This document shows positions 35,973-44,402 of a stretch of 64,000 nt of DNA, one piece after another; position 1 is the stretch's first letter; each line of letters opens with the position of its first letter. Both the position numbers and the translations under genes were made by a program. Below the pieces are notes generated by a model. That model saw only the letters and a program-made list of their open reading frames with translations. It did no database searches and was not told the origin of the DNA. Source of the stretch: a virus; IMG/VR virus record IMGVR_UViG_3300048590_000360, positions 4,202 to 68,201 of that record. One strand, 5' to 3'.

Positions 35973-36594
35973 ATTGAGTAAGTATTGATTTGACTATTTC
36001 TTCACTATGGTATTTGTCTATGGCATGGTATCCAAGTGAACCGTAATATCTAATAGATTCTACTGAGAATTCGCTGCATACGTCTCTGGGTGCTAATTTC
36101 ATTCCTATTTCTAAAAGTTTATTAGAAAAGAATACATCTTCGTTTCCATGAACTACTTCATTGTATCCGTCTAATTCGTCGTGGATACATATTAGCATGG
36201 CAAGAGGGCATCTTAGACTTAACCCCCCGTTACCTCCGTGTTGTTGAAATGGCCATGGCGCACCTACATAATCCCATTTAAAGAATTCTTCAATACCTTC
36301 CCTGAGAAGTCCTGAATCGTGTTGAAAAATGAGTACACGATCATAACCTGTAAATTTTTCCCAGAAGTATTCTGAAGTAAGGAGGTTGTTATAATCTGAT
36401 ATAGAAAATTGTTTCTTTTGAATTTTTGGGTCTAATTCAAATTCGATGTTAAGTTTTTCTGCGATATGTTTGTTTTCTTTGGAACCGTATAGAAAAATGT
36501 CGGTATCCGGTGGTAAGAATTTTCTATGACAATCTATAGTGATATGTAAGTCATTCAACGGTCTTGTTTCTATGATAATGGCTGCTAAACTCAT
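35965..36594 (-). CDS. DUF5672-like putative glycosyltransferase
   Basis: VLIFQHDSGLL..WDYVGAPW..GNGGLSLR pattern. Confidence 0.45.
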   Translation of the reverse strand: MSLAAIIIETRPLNDLHITIDCHRKFLPPDTDIFLYGSKENKHIAEKLNIEFELDPKIQKKQFSISDYNNLLTSEYFWEKFTGYDRVLIFQHDSGLLREGIEEFFKWDYVGAPWPFQQHGGNGGLSLRCPLAMLICIHDELDGYNEVVHGNEDVFFSNKLLEIGMKLAPRDVCSEFSVESIRYYGSLGYHAIDKYHSEEIVKSILTQYD

Positions 36595-37343
36595 ATTAGT
36601 ACCTTATTGTAGTTAATGTGATTTTGCATGAATTTCGGCATTATTGTCTTATCGAATGGAACTGCTTGTTTCCATATATCTCTTGATGCAGGATGGTAAC
36701 AGTCCTCAGTATTGGTTTCTGGATTCCAGTCCATTACTTTTTGCAAGTATGATTCTATGGAACCGTGTAAAGATAGTATTTCAGATTTATGTCCATGTAT
36801 ATCCAATTTATATTTTATAACTTCTTTTGACTGACTATATCCCATGTGTAAGTAAGGACATTCGATTACAAGCATTCCATTTCCTGTCCCTTTTGAGAAT
36901 CTTACAGGGGTGAACCAATCTATCATCTGCCAGTTGAAAGACCTCCATAGGTCTATTTTACCACTTACGCCAAAAGTTTTATGTATTTTATCATCATAGA
37001 CAGTTTTAATTGAAGATTCTAATTTCTCAGGGAACCATACTTCGTCTGCATCTGAAGTAAATACAATGTCGTTGTTATAGGCAAGTCTTTGACCATATCC
37101 ACGGTGTTCCCCTTCATTTCCAGCAACGATATCTGTCCAAAATAATTTGTTTTTAGCTGTATCTGTTGCAATCTGATATAATTCTTCTTTTGAATCAGGA
37201 TTATAGAGGTTAGTCATGAATCCGTATGAAGGTCTTTGTGAATATAATACATGGATTTCGTCAACAAGATTAACGTAACTTAGTATGCTTACTTCTAAGT
37301 ATTCTTTTCCGTAATGTAGAGGGATGTATGCTGCAATTTTCAT
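36591..37343 (-). CDS. glycosyltransferase-like protein
   Basis: IAAYIPLHYGKEYL.. start and TSDADEVW acidic motif. Confidence 0.4.
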   Translation of the reverse strand: MKIAAYIPLHYGKEYLEVSILSYVNLVDEIHVLYSQRPSYGFMTNLYNPDSKEELYQIATDTAKNKLFWTDIVAGNEGEHRGYGQRLAYNNDIVFTSDADEVWFPEKLESSIKTVYDDKIHKTFGVSGKIDLWRSFNWQMIDWFTPVRFSKGTGNGMLVIECPYLHMGYSQSKEVIKYKLDIHGHKSEILSLHGSIESYLQKVMDWNPETNTEDCYHPASRDIWKQAVPFDKTIMPKFMQNHINYNKVLI

Positions 37344-38254
37344 ACTGTATGTAGTTTCAGTATATTAGTTGCCATCATGTAGAAAGTATAGTCATTCATA
37401 CATCTTTTGGCCGCTTGTTTTCCAATCTTTTCCGCTAAAAATGGATTCTCTAAGTAGTATCGTGTTTTGTCAATCAAGTCCTTTGTATCATGGAATACGA
37501 CAACTTCATTGTTTATATCCCAATCTTTTTCAATATCCGGATAATGATGGGTAATTATCAGCATACCACAGGCTGCCATGCGTATCATCCTATCAGAGAA
37601 ATACCGTTCATACGCAAAGTGACTGATGTTTATTCCTATTTTAGCCCCTCTGTAAATGGATGCTTCTAATGGTTGGCTGTCGTTACATTCTGCTTCTACA
37701 GTTTTATGCCCCACGCCCCATACATGGAATGATTCCCCAAATTCAGATTTCAGATTATTTACTGCTTCTAATCTGAATTTGCTCAAAGGGAACATATTTC
37801 CGTAATTATTCCCCATGAAGATTACTGGTGCAGTTTTAATCTTTAATCCATGGGTGTTGTATATTGTTGCGTCAATGCCTATCTGAAGGTATTCTGCGTT
37901 GTATCCTTTTGCCCTAAATTCCCTTACGTTAGTCATATTGCTAAACGCAGTGGTAACGAACGGTGCCACATCAACGTACCATTGTGGTATTGGACTTCTA
38001 ACGTCCCCAGTCCAATTAATAACATGTGATATTCCGCTTAATGCTTCAAAGGTTTCTTTGAGAAGTATATTTTCTCTTTGTACTTGAATGAAGATAATGT
38101 CAGGGTTCAACCTTGTTGCTATATCTACGGCAACGGCATTAAGGTCTGGTGTAGATGTTGGTAGTTCGGTAAGTTCACAGATATCGGCAAGTGCCTGACT
38201 TAATCCGGAAGAATGGTTAGGTTTAACCATTAACCCGATATGTAATACTTTCAT
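37340..38254 (-). CDS. CgeB/GT1-like glycosyltransferase
   Basis: IFMGNNYG..R...., FSDRMIRMAACGMLIIT, YYLENPFLAEKIGKQAAKR resemble the Glyco_trans_1_2 (CgeB) family. Confidence 0.5.
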   Translation of the reverse strand: MKVLHIGLMVKPNHSSGLSQALADICELTELPTSTPDLNAVAVDIATRLNPDIIFIQVQRENILLKETFEALSGISHVINWTGDVRSPIPQWYVDVAPFVTTAFSNMTNVREFRAKGYNAEYLQIGIDATIYNTHGLKIKTAPVIFMGNNYGNMFPLSKFRLEAVNNLKSEFGESFHVWGVGHKTVEAECNDSQPLEASIYRGAKIGINISHFAYERYFSDRMIRMAACGMLIITHHYPDIEKDWDINNEVVVFHDTKDLIDKTRYYLENPFLAEKIGKQAAKRCMNDYTFYMMATNILKLHTV

Positions 38255-38275
38255 TTAAATTCAATTTAAGTATCG

Positions 38276-38283
38276 CAAATGTA
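38276..38283 (-). promoter_or_regulatory. -7 box TACATTTG
   Basis: 21 nt before the ATG at 38254, right after the terminator. Confidence 0.45.
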
Positions 38284-38284
38284 T

Positions 38285-38321
38285 AAAAAAAAACGCTCCA
38301 ACAAAAAAAATGTTGAAGCGT
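38285..38321 (-). terminator. rho-independent terminator
   Basis: Minus strand: ACGCTTCAACA-T8-TGTTGGAGCGT (one mismatch) followed by T9. Confidence 0.65.
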
Positions 38322-38340
38322 TTTTATGTTAGATTTCAGC

Positions 38341-38961
38341 TTATACTAACAGGTATCCTGTTTCTGATGTTCCGGTTGGGATATTTGTCGAGAAAGTGAT
38401 TGTTGTCACATCTGTAGTGGCATTGTAACTTGAACTTGAAACAACAAGTATTCTGTCGTTATTTGTACCGAGCATAGATACCACAACTCCATTGGTGAAG
38501 ATAGATGTCTTATCGCTTTCAAAACTTGCCAATGATATAGTATCATTTGTAGCGTTTACCACGTCGAATTCATAGGCTGTGGAACCTGCTTTTTGGAATT
38601 GGCGTACAGTAATGGCTGATTCTGTTTCACTGGTGTCAAGTTTTTCCAATCCGGCACCTTGGTTGTCGTATAGAATAACAGCATAGTTATCTGAAGGGTC
38701 TGTATCAATATGGCGTATTCTATTAATGTTTACGTATATGGTAAGACTGTTTGATAACAATACACTAATCAGGGTATCTGAGTAGGTGGCTATGCTTGAC
38801 GGGGAATCAGTAACAACCACGGATTTTCTGATTCCGTCGGCTTGTTCAAAGTAGTACACTGCTGCACCTAATGTATCTGTGGCTATTTTGGTAATATCAG
38901 TATCCAATACTTGGAAACTTCCAGAACCGTCTGCTAAATTAAGAATGATAGTTTTTGCCAT
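38341..38961 (-). CDS. abundant virion protein candidate (own promoter and terminator)
   Basis: 206-aa Thr/Ser/Val-rich, beta-type sequence, monocistronic. Confidence 0.55.
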   Translation of the reverse strand: MAKTIILNLADGSGSFQVLDTDITKIATDTLGAAVYYFEQADGIRKSVVVTDSPSSIATYSDTLISVLLSNSLTIYVNINRIRHIDTDPSDNYAVILYDNQGAGLEKLDTSETESAITVRQFQKAGSTAYEFDVVNATNDTISLASFESDKTSIFTNGVVVSMLGTNNDRILVVSSSSYNATTDVTTITFSTNIPTGTSETGYLLV

Positions 38962-38982
38962 TTCAATAGTTTTTTGATGCTA

Positions 38983-38990
38983 CAAAGATA
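38983..38990 (-). promoter_or_regulatory. -7 box TATCTTTG
   Basis: 21 nt before the ATG at 38961. Confidence 0.45.
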
Positions 38991-39005
38991 TGTATTCTTT
39001 TTGAA

Positions 39006-39293
39006 TCATTTTTTACGGTTTGCATCCTTTCTATTTTTGACCATATTCCCCATTCTTAGTTTACCGTCTTGTCCTCTGACAAGTTCTTTTCCTGTACCGG
39101 CACGTTTACCATACACTCCGAGTTCTCTTGCTTTCTTATTGTGTTCGGATCGGTATTCTACTTTCCCTTTTTGGTACTTTTTATCATAGGCAAGTTTTTT
39201 AGCTCTTGCCAGTTTGTTTTTCCTGTAGTACTTCGTTGTGGGTGAAGCTGCACCATCAGTGACTAACTTTGTCCCTGCTATCTTATTTCGCAT
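39006..39293 (-). CDS. small highly basic protein
   Basis: 95 aa, Lys/Arg-rich. ATG lies 4 nt after TATCTTTG. Confidence 0.55.
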   Translation of the reverse strand: MRNKIAGTKLVTDGAASPTTKYYRKNKLARAKKLAYDKKYQKGKVEYRSEHNKKARELGVYGKRAGTGKELVRGQDGKLRMGNMVKNRKDANRKK

Positions 39294-39297
39294 GAGA

Positions 39298-39305
39298 CAA
39301 AGATA
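39298..39305 (-). promoter_or_regulatory. -7 box TATCTTTG, 4 nt from ATG
   Basis: Minus strand reads TATCTTTGtctcATG. Confidence 0.5.
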
Positions 39306-39311
39306 CTGATA

Positions 39312-39806
39312 TTATGCTTCAGGATATCTACATATTCCGTAAGGATGATTATTTCTGTTGAAAATATATGTAAAGAACTCGTTTATCTGTTCAAGACGGT
39401 TTCCCCAATTTTCCCAAGAAAGTTTATTTTTGTCAATAAATATTACAGCGGAATTGTCAGTTCTACTGGATTGATGTATAGAGTAATAATACTTTACACC
39501 TTTAACTTTAATTTCCCCGTAACCATATATGTGTTTAGTTAGTTTACCCACTGTTAGTATTTTTAGTGTACTTATTTCTGGGAACACATATCCTCTTGCA
39601 TAGATATACGTCTGACCTGGAATGGTATCTGTTTCAGCAAGTTTTTCATAATTATTCAATAGACTGTCAAGTGATATTACTTTAAGTTCATGTTTACGGG
39701 CTTCGTTTTTTTTGTAGTATTTGTATGCGTTTTTCCACACAATGGCATCTGCATTGGTAATACAAAGGAACAATACTGCTGTAAGAATTACTTTTAGAGT
39801 TTTCAT
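39312..39806 (-). CDS. secreted protein (signal peptide)
   Basis: MKTLKVILTAVLFLCITNADA from the ATG at 39806 (a longer alternative starts at 39830). Confidence 0.55.
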   Translation of the reverse strand: MKTLKVILTAVLFLCITNADAIVWKNAYKYYKKNEARKHELKVISLDSLLNNYEKLAETDTIPGQTYIYARGYVFPEISTLKILTVGKLTKHIYGYGEIKVKGVKYYYSIHQSSRTDNSAVIFIDKNKLSWENWGNRLEQINEFFTYIFNRNNHPYGICRYPEA

Positions 39807-39873
39807 GGTTTCTGATTTTTGGTTAAACATAGTAGGTTTAACGATGGTGTCTGACTAAAGGTTACAAAAAAAA

Positions 39874-40620
39874 TCAGATTTTTGGTGCGCTCATGAATCC
39901 AGACTTATACGCTGCGACTATTTCAGTAATAGTCATAGCGTTATGTTTCTTTAAAGCCCTTGTTTTTTCTCTTTGGTATGTCTGTCGTGCTAAGATTTTT
40001 TCATTAGCTGGCACCATTTTATTGAAACGTATATCGCAAAGGTATAACCAATGTTTTATTGGTTCGATGTCATACGGGTGAACATAGAAGTTTCCGTCTG
40101 AAGTATCAAAATCTGCGACATATTCTAAGAAGATAGAATCAAAGGATTCTCCCTGTTGAATAGCAATGTATCCTTCGTTTGGGAATATCTTATAGTATCC
40201 CCAGTAATTTCTACCGGAACCCACGCCATAGTCTGTAGGGAATGTATTTTGGAACTCAGTATAAGTCAGGAAAGGATATAACCCGTTATGGTCTGTAAAT
40301 TGTGGCGTTGTCCTCACTCCACAGTCATTCGGTTGTGGCATTGGCATATTACTATTAAGTCCTAATGCAAGCTTTTGTCCGTTTTTAGAAAGGTAAATCT
40401 TTCTGTAATCTACATAATCTGACGGAAGGATGACAATATCATTATCTTCGATATCTACCTCTACTTCTTTAATGATTTGGTTCATCCCAAAGGACTGATA
40501 TATATCCCTGAGTCCGTTTAATCCGTTTTGTAAAAATCTTCCGTAAGACCTATCTATTTGGTCTTTTCCTAATTCGATATAGTATTCACGGATTATTTCG
40601 TCAAGGGTGTATTTCTTCAT
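39874..40620 (-). CDS. structural protein candidate
   Basis: 248-aa ORF, 4-nt overlap with the upstream gene. Confidence 0.5.
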   Translation of the reverse strand: MKKYTLDEIIREYYIELGKDQIDRSYGRFLQNGLNGLRDIYQSFGMNQIIKEVEVDIEDNDIVILPSDYVDYRKIYLSKNGQKLALGLNSNMPMPQPNDCGVRTTPQFTDHNGLYPFLTYTEFQNTFPTDYGVGSGRNYWGYYKIFPNEGYIAIQQGESFDSIFLEYVADFDTSDGNFYVHPYDIEPIKHWLYLCDIRFNKMVPANEKILARQTYQREKTRALKKHNAMTITEIVAAYKSGFMSAPKI

Positions 40621-41237
40621 GGTTGGTCAACATTATCGTTTACTATATCCTGTGGTGGCTCTGGCGCGAACATTTGTACTACACTCTGAATAACTATTAG
40701 TTCCATATCAGGGGGAATAGATAATTCGTCATTAACACCCAATGAAGATATTCCGAGAATCAGTTTTACGTTCATGTAGTCAGGTTTTTGACTTTTATCC
40801 ATATTTGGAAATATGATTCTATTACCCTCTCTGTAGAACGGTGTTCTGTTGTGCAAAGCTCTGGCATGAAGATTTTCAAACAATTCATTAAAACCAGGAA
40901 CTACTTCAGTGTATCCTGTCGCCTTTGGTTCCTTTGATGGGGCAATATGTCTGATACCTATACCATGGGGTAGGTCAATAACTTTGGCCGGTAAATCAAG
41001 GTATGACGTACATAAGTCTGAATCCCATGAAACGGGGACGTTTTTAAACACATTTGTAAGTGTTCCGTCAATAGATTGTTCGCTGTCGGTACGTGATTCA
41101 AAGTATCGAACTCTCACCACGTTTGCCAGTACTTGTTCAACGGAGAGTATAAGTTCCCTAATATCTATTTTACTGTCTGCAGATCTATGTCCCAATAACA
41201 GGAGGCATTGTTCCGCTAAACTTTTCTTGGTTGCCAT
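40617..41237 (-). CDS. structural protein candidate
   Basis: ATG at 41237 (MATKKSLAEQ..), 4 nt after TACCTTTG. Confidence 0.55.
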   Translation of the reverse strand: MATKKSLAEQCLLLLGHRSADSKIDIRELILSVEQVLANVVRVRYFESRTDSEQSIDGTLTNVFKNVPVSWDSDLCTSYLDLPAKVIDLPHGIGIRHIAPSKEPKATGYTEVVPGFNELFENLHARALHNRTPFYREGNRIIFPNMDKSQKPDYMNVKLILGISSLGVNDELSIPPDMELIVIQSVVQMFAPEPPQDIVNDNVDQP

Positions 41238-41241
41238 ATAA

Positions 41242-41249
41242 CAAAGGTA
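41242..41249 (-). promoter_or_regulatory. -7 box TACCTTTG, 4 nt from ATG
   Basis: Minus strand reads TTTTTTGTACCTTTGttatATG. Confidence 0.5.
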
Positions 41250-41261
41250 CAAAAAACAAAG

Positions 41262-41840
41262 TTACCCAATATAGGCACGTTGCTTAATGTAATTTTCATT
41301 TAATAGATTCAATCCTGAGAAGTATTCTGATAGGACTCTTTCCATGTCTTTTTTACTACCGTTGTACGTGAGTACTACTTTGAGAAGATTGTTCCATGAA
41401 TCTTCAAAAGGTTTTTCATTCTTTGGCACGATGTCAATGACAATCCCCCCTCTAAGGATAATTTCATTTATTCTTGTAAAGTCGTTGCAGTCTAAGATAA
41501 GGATGATGTCTGATTTCACGTTGTTGAGGTTGTGGAATAATGACTTTTCAAGGAATCTTTTTCCCATTATTCGTCCTATTCCCCTGAATTGGTCGCAAAG
41601 TCCTTGGACGGTCTCTTGATGGGCTGAAATGTATTTTTCTTTAGCTTCTGGCGAATAATATCTCAGGGGTGCAATGTACCGGCCAAAGTCAACAACGTCT
41701 CTTTTCACGCTGGTGTTTACTTCTACTAATGATTCAATCTGACTTAGGAAAGTGGTGCCATATATATCACCTTTCATCATGTATGATAACATTCGTCCTA
41801 CTTCGTAATACTCTTTGCACCTTATCCCAAAGATTTGCAT
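41262..41840 (-). CDS. hypothetical protein
   Basis: 192-aa ORF. Confidence 0.5.
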   Translation of the reverse strand: MQIFGIRCKEYYEVGRMLSYMMKGDIYGTTFLSQIESLVEVNTSVKRDVVDFGRYIAPLRYYSPEAKEKYISAHQETVQGLCDQFRGIGRIMGKRFLEKSLFHNLNNVKSDIILILDCNDFTRINEIILRGGIVIDIVPKNEKPFEDSWNNLLKVVLTYNGSKKDMERVLSEYFSGLNLLNENYIKQRAYIG

Positions 41841-41841
41841 G

Positions 41842-42054
41842 TTACGAATGTACGAATGTTTTTCTTGTCCTAATTACATCTGTGATATTATTCCTTGGAA
41901 ATGTGATTGGTTCTTCAGTTCCGTATTTTAGTATAGATAGTAGTGTGTCGTCAATTTGACAATCTACAGATAATTTATTGAACGAAGTAACCTTCCCTGT
42001 GAAGGTGATTTTCCTTGCCCTATCAATAACATATATCTTGTCACCTACTTTCAT
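41842..42054 (-). CDS. hypothetical protein
   Basis: 70-aa ORF. ATG lies 5 nt after TATATTTG. Confidence 0.5.
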   Translation of the reverse strand: MKVGDKIYVIDRARKITFTGKVTSFNKLSVDCQIDDTLLSILKYGTEEPITFPRNNITDVIRTRKTFVHS

Positions 42055-42059
42055 AGATG

Positions 42060-42067
42060 CAAATATA
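42060..42067 (-). promoter_or_regulatory. -7 box TATATTTG, 5 nt from ATG
   Basis: Minus strand reads TATATTTGcatctATG. Confidence 0.45.
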
Positions 42068-42113
42068 AAAGTTATTTTTTAAACAAAAAACATCAAAAGT
42101 AATTTTTTAAACA

Positions 42114-42584
42114 TTATATTCTTTGAACAACGAATTGATTCATATATTCTTCAGGCGTTTGGAATGTTATGTTCAGGGAAGTTTCTCCGAATTTCATACA
42201 GTTTGTGGTGAATTCATTGAATGTGTTGTGGTCTGCCCCTTCTAATTTGTGAGGGACTTTAATAATTTCACCGGTTTCAGGATCTGGGATTTCGTCATAC
42301 CCTAAGAATCTAAGTTTAAGCCAATGGTAAGTATTATCTTCGTCCATGTCGAATCCTTGTTCATTGAGTGCGTCTGTAATCCTTGGGACTATTTCGGCAA
42401 AGAAGTATCCGTTTTGTGATTTGCTTTTTGGTCTGATACCTTTGGAAAATTTTACGTCAAGGATAATATGGTCTGAAGTTCCGAATTTATAGACTATTTG
42501 GCGCAATAACGAATCCTTATCCATTAAGGACATTTGCCATTTGTCATTTTCTTTTCGGAGGATTAATCTACCTTTGATTGTCAT
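42114..42584 (-). CDS. hypothetical protein
   Basis: 156-aa ORF. Confidence 0.5.
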   Translation of the reverse strand: MTIKGRLILRKENDKWQMSLMDKDSLLRQIVYKFGTSDHIILDVKFSKGIRPKSKSQNGYFFAEIVPRITDALNEQGFDMDEDNTYHWLKLRFLGYDEIPDPETGEIIKVPHKLEGADHNTFNEFTTNCMKFGETSLNITFQTPEEYMNQFVVQRI

Positions 42585-43027
42585 TTGATGATGATAACTG
42601 TAATTATTCCGGCACCGATAATTGATGATAGGAATGTAATTATTTTCCCTCTTTTTTTCACTTTCTCCTGAAGTGTTATGTTTTGTTGGATGATGTTTTC
42701 TTCTTGAAGTTTATACTTTGTGATGATGTCTCTGGCAATTACCTGTTCGTGGGTTAGCAGTTCGTTTTCTATGATGTATGAATCTTTCAAGTTATTGAGT
42801 ATTCTAATACGTTCTTCTGTTGTTGCAAGCATACTGTCACATTCCTGAAGGTTTACTTTTGTTGTAGCGAATGTTTTAATTTTCGCCAAACTGAAACATC
42901 CCAGAGTATCGTTGTTTTGGATTTTCCAACCGTCAATATATTTCTGAGAGGATGCTGTCAATGTCATTCCATTTGCTACTATCAATAGCATTACGAATGG
43001 GGATGTAAATGTATTTGATTTCTTCAT
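42581..43027 (-). CDS. membrane protein (N-terminal signal/TM, coiled coil, C-terminal TM)
   Basis: FVMLLIVANGMTLTA and IITFLSSIIGAGIITVIII. Its start overlaps the preceding gene by 95 nt in another frame. Confidence 0.45.
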   Translation of the reverse strand: MKKSNTFTSPFVMLLIVANGMTLTASSQKYIDGWKIQNNDTLGCFSLAKIKTFATTKVNLQECDSMLATTEERIRILNNLKDSYIIENELLTHEQVIARDIITKYKLQEENIIQQNITLQEKVKKRGKIITFLSSIIGAGIITVIIIK

Positions 43028-43238
43028 TGGTAGGTAGTTTTGCTAATGAGTCGTAAATTTGTTTTCTTTGGGAATGTAGTTCTGTGATTAGGCTATCATT
43101 TATTTTGATTACATATTGGTACTTTGAGTCGTCTATTATTTGTATTTGTGGCGTTGGATGTTCCGGTTTAGTCAAAAGATATGTTATGACAACCATATAG
43201 ATTGCAAATAATACTGCTAATATTTTAGTGGGGTTCAT
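42933..43238 (-). CDS. type II membrane protein
   Basis: N-terminal TM ILAVLFAIYMVVITYLL followed by a helical region. Confidence 0.45.
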   Translation of the reverse strand: MNPTKILAVLFAIYMVVITYLLTKPEHPTPQIQIIDDSKYQYVIKINDSLITELHSQRKQIYDSLAKLPTNEEIKYIYIPIRNAIDSSKWNDIDSILSEIY

Positions 43239-43261
43239 TCCTGCGAATTTATGAATTTATT

Positions 43262-44053
43262 TTAGATTGGTAAATTCACTTTTGAAAGCAACTGATTTGA
43301 AACGTGCGTGTATATTTCCGTGGTTTTTATATTTGAGTGTCCTGCAATCTTTTGAATAATCCTTGTGTCTGTACCTGATTCAAGCATAGCGGTAAATGAT
43401 GAATGCCTGAGAAGGTGGAAATGATAATCCTTGCCGATGTATTTTTTGACAATTTGGTTGCAACTTGCAGATGAATATTGATTACTGAATTGCCCGTTAA
43501 AAAGGTATTCTGTTGGTTTATATTCTTTGTAGTATTCTCTTAGCGTGGTGAGTATTGTTTGGCTTAGTGGCACGATTCTATCCTTTCTACCTTTGGCGTT
43601 TTTGATGTAAATTATCATTCTACTGGAATCAATGTCGGTTATCTTTAGGTTGATTATTTCTGAAACTCTAAGTCCTACACTAAATGCCAATGATATAATT
43701 GCTTTATGCTTTAAGTTTTCGATGTTATTGATAGACTTAATAAGGTGTTCTCTATCAATTACTCTTGGTAGTTTCTTTTCGGAACGGGGTCTGTTAAAAT
43801 GAACCTTGTCGTATTTTTTGTTTAATCCGTATTTGTATAAGAATCTTATTGCGTTAATAATTTGATTCTGTTGTGATACTGATTTGAACGGATAATTGTC
43901 TAAATACTGCTGAAACTCTTTTGCGGAAACTCTTGATATATGTACTTTACTTTTTGATAGGTATTCGTCAATATAATATAAGTAAACTTTTTGTGTGTTT
44001 TCTGAATAATTTAGATATTTCAGTTTTTGTACAACGATTTTGTAAATGTCCAT
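43262..44053 (-). CDS. tyrosine site-specific recombinase (XerC/D-sized)
   Basis: GLRVSE (Arg), KGRKDR (Lys), HLLRHS (HxxR), GHSNIKTTEIYTHV (His, Tyr). N-terminal SAM-like core-binding domain. 263 aa. Confidence 0.9.
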   Translation of the reverse strand: MDIYKIVVQKLKYLNYSENTQKVYLYYIDEYLSKSKVHISRVSAKEFQQYLDNYPFKSVSQQNQIINAIRFLYKYGLNKKYDKVHFNRPRSEKKLPRVIDREHLIKSINNIENLKHKAIISLAFSVGLRVSEIINLKITDIDSSRMIIYIKNAKGRKDRIVPLSQTILTTLREYYKEYKPTEYLFNGQFSNQYSSASCNQIVKKYIGKDYHFHLLRHSSFTAMLESGTDTRIIQKIAGHSNIKTTEIYTHVSNQLLSKVNLPI

Positions 44054-44098
44054 GCTGTAACCCCTTATTTTATTGGTATTGTTGTTATATGGTAGTTA
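44012..44098. repeat. 87-bp perfect direct repeat, copy 2 (recombinase start + 45 bp upstream; attI-like junction of array B)
   Basis: Identical to 21748..21834. Ends in GTTA of GTTAGGTG, which matches GTTRRRY. Confidence 0.95.
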
Positions 44099-44107
44099 GG
44101 TGCAATG

Positions 44108-44284
44108 CTAAACGACATACACCAACTCAATCTGAAATTTACCATTTTCTCGGTCAATAAATCTTTCTGCATCTTCAACTGTATCAAAGTAGTCAGCAAG
44201 GTATGCTTCTTTACTCCATCCGTAGGCTTCACCACAATAATAAGTTTGAGCCTCAAAATCTTTTACTACATATTTCTTTTCCAT
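44108..44284 (-). CDS. cassette ORF B1, hypothetical
   Basis: ATG at 44284 (MEKKYVVKDF..). The longer track form reads into the hairpin. Confidence 0.5.
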   Translation of the reverse strand: MEKKYVVKDFEAQTYYCGEAYGWSKEAYLADYFDTVEDAERFIDRENGKFQIELVYVV

Positions 44285-44313
44285 TTTTATTTGAATTTGT
44301 GAAAAGCACTGCA

Positions 44314-44397
44314 CCTAACAGCGGTTTTGTGCAAGTTGCCCAACCGGCTCAATGCCCACGCTCCGCAGCCTGACACAAAGCCGCAAAACGTTGGCAG
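44314..44397 (+). repeat. attC-like imperfect inverted repeat
   Basis: (A)CCTAAC-A-GCGGTTTTGTG..42 nt..CACAAAGCCGC-AAAAC-GTTGGCAG. Confidence 0.65.
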
Positions 44398-44402
44398 TAA
44401 TG

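Noticed and set aside
42581-43238. i-spanin/o-spanin or u-spanin call
   Set aside because: There is no lipobox cysteine in the signal-like segment, and the pair is not adjacent to the endolysin. Only the overlapping architecture is suggestive.
43262-44053. Classical integron integrase (IntI) and a canonical integron
   Set aside because: The protein is only 263 aa, which is XerC/D-sized, and I see no room for the extra IntI-specific segment. Cassette ORFs face the recombinase rather than away from it. Many cores deviate from GTTRRRY (for example GTTAGCG and GTTATGC). I therefore report it as integron-like, not as an integron.
21748-44098. The 87-bp repeats as attL/attR of an integrated element, or as terminal redundancy
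   Set aside because: Phage structural and replication genes lie both inside and outside the repeat pair, so the 22-kb interval is not an insert in a foreign backbone. The copies are internal and have unique flanks on both sides. An assembly artefact cannot be excluded without reads.
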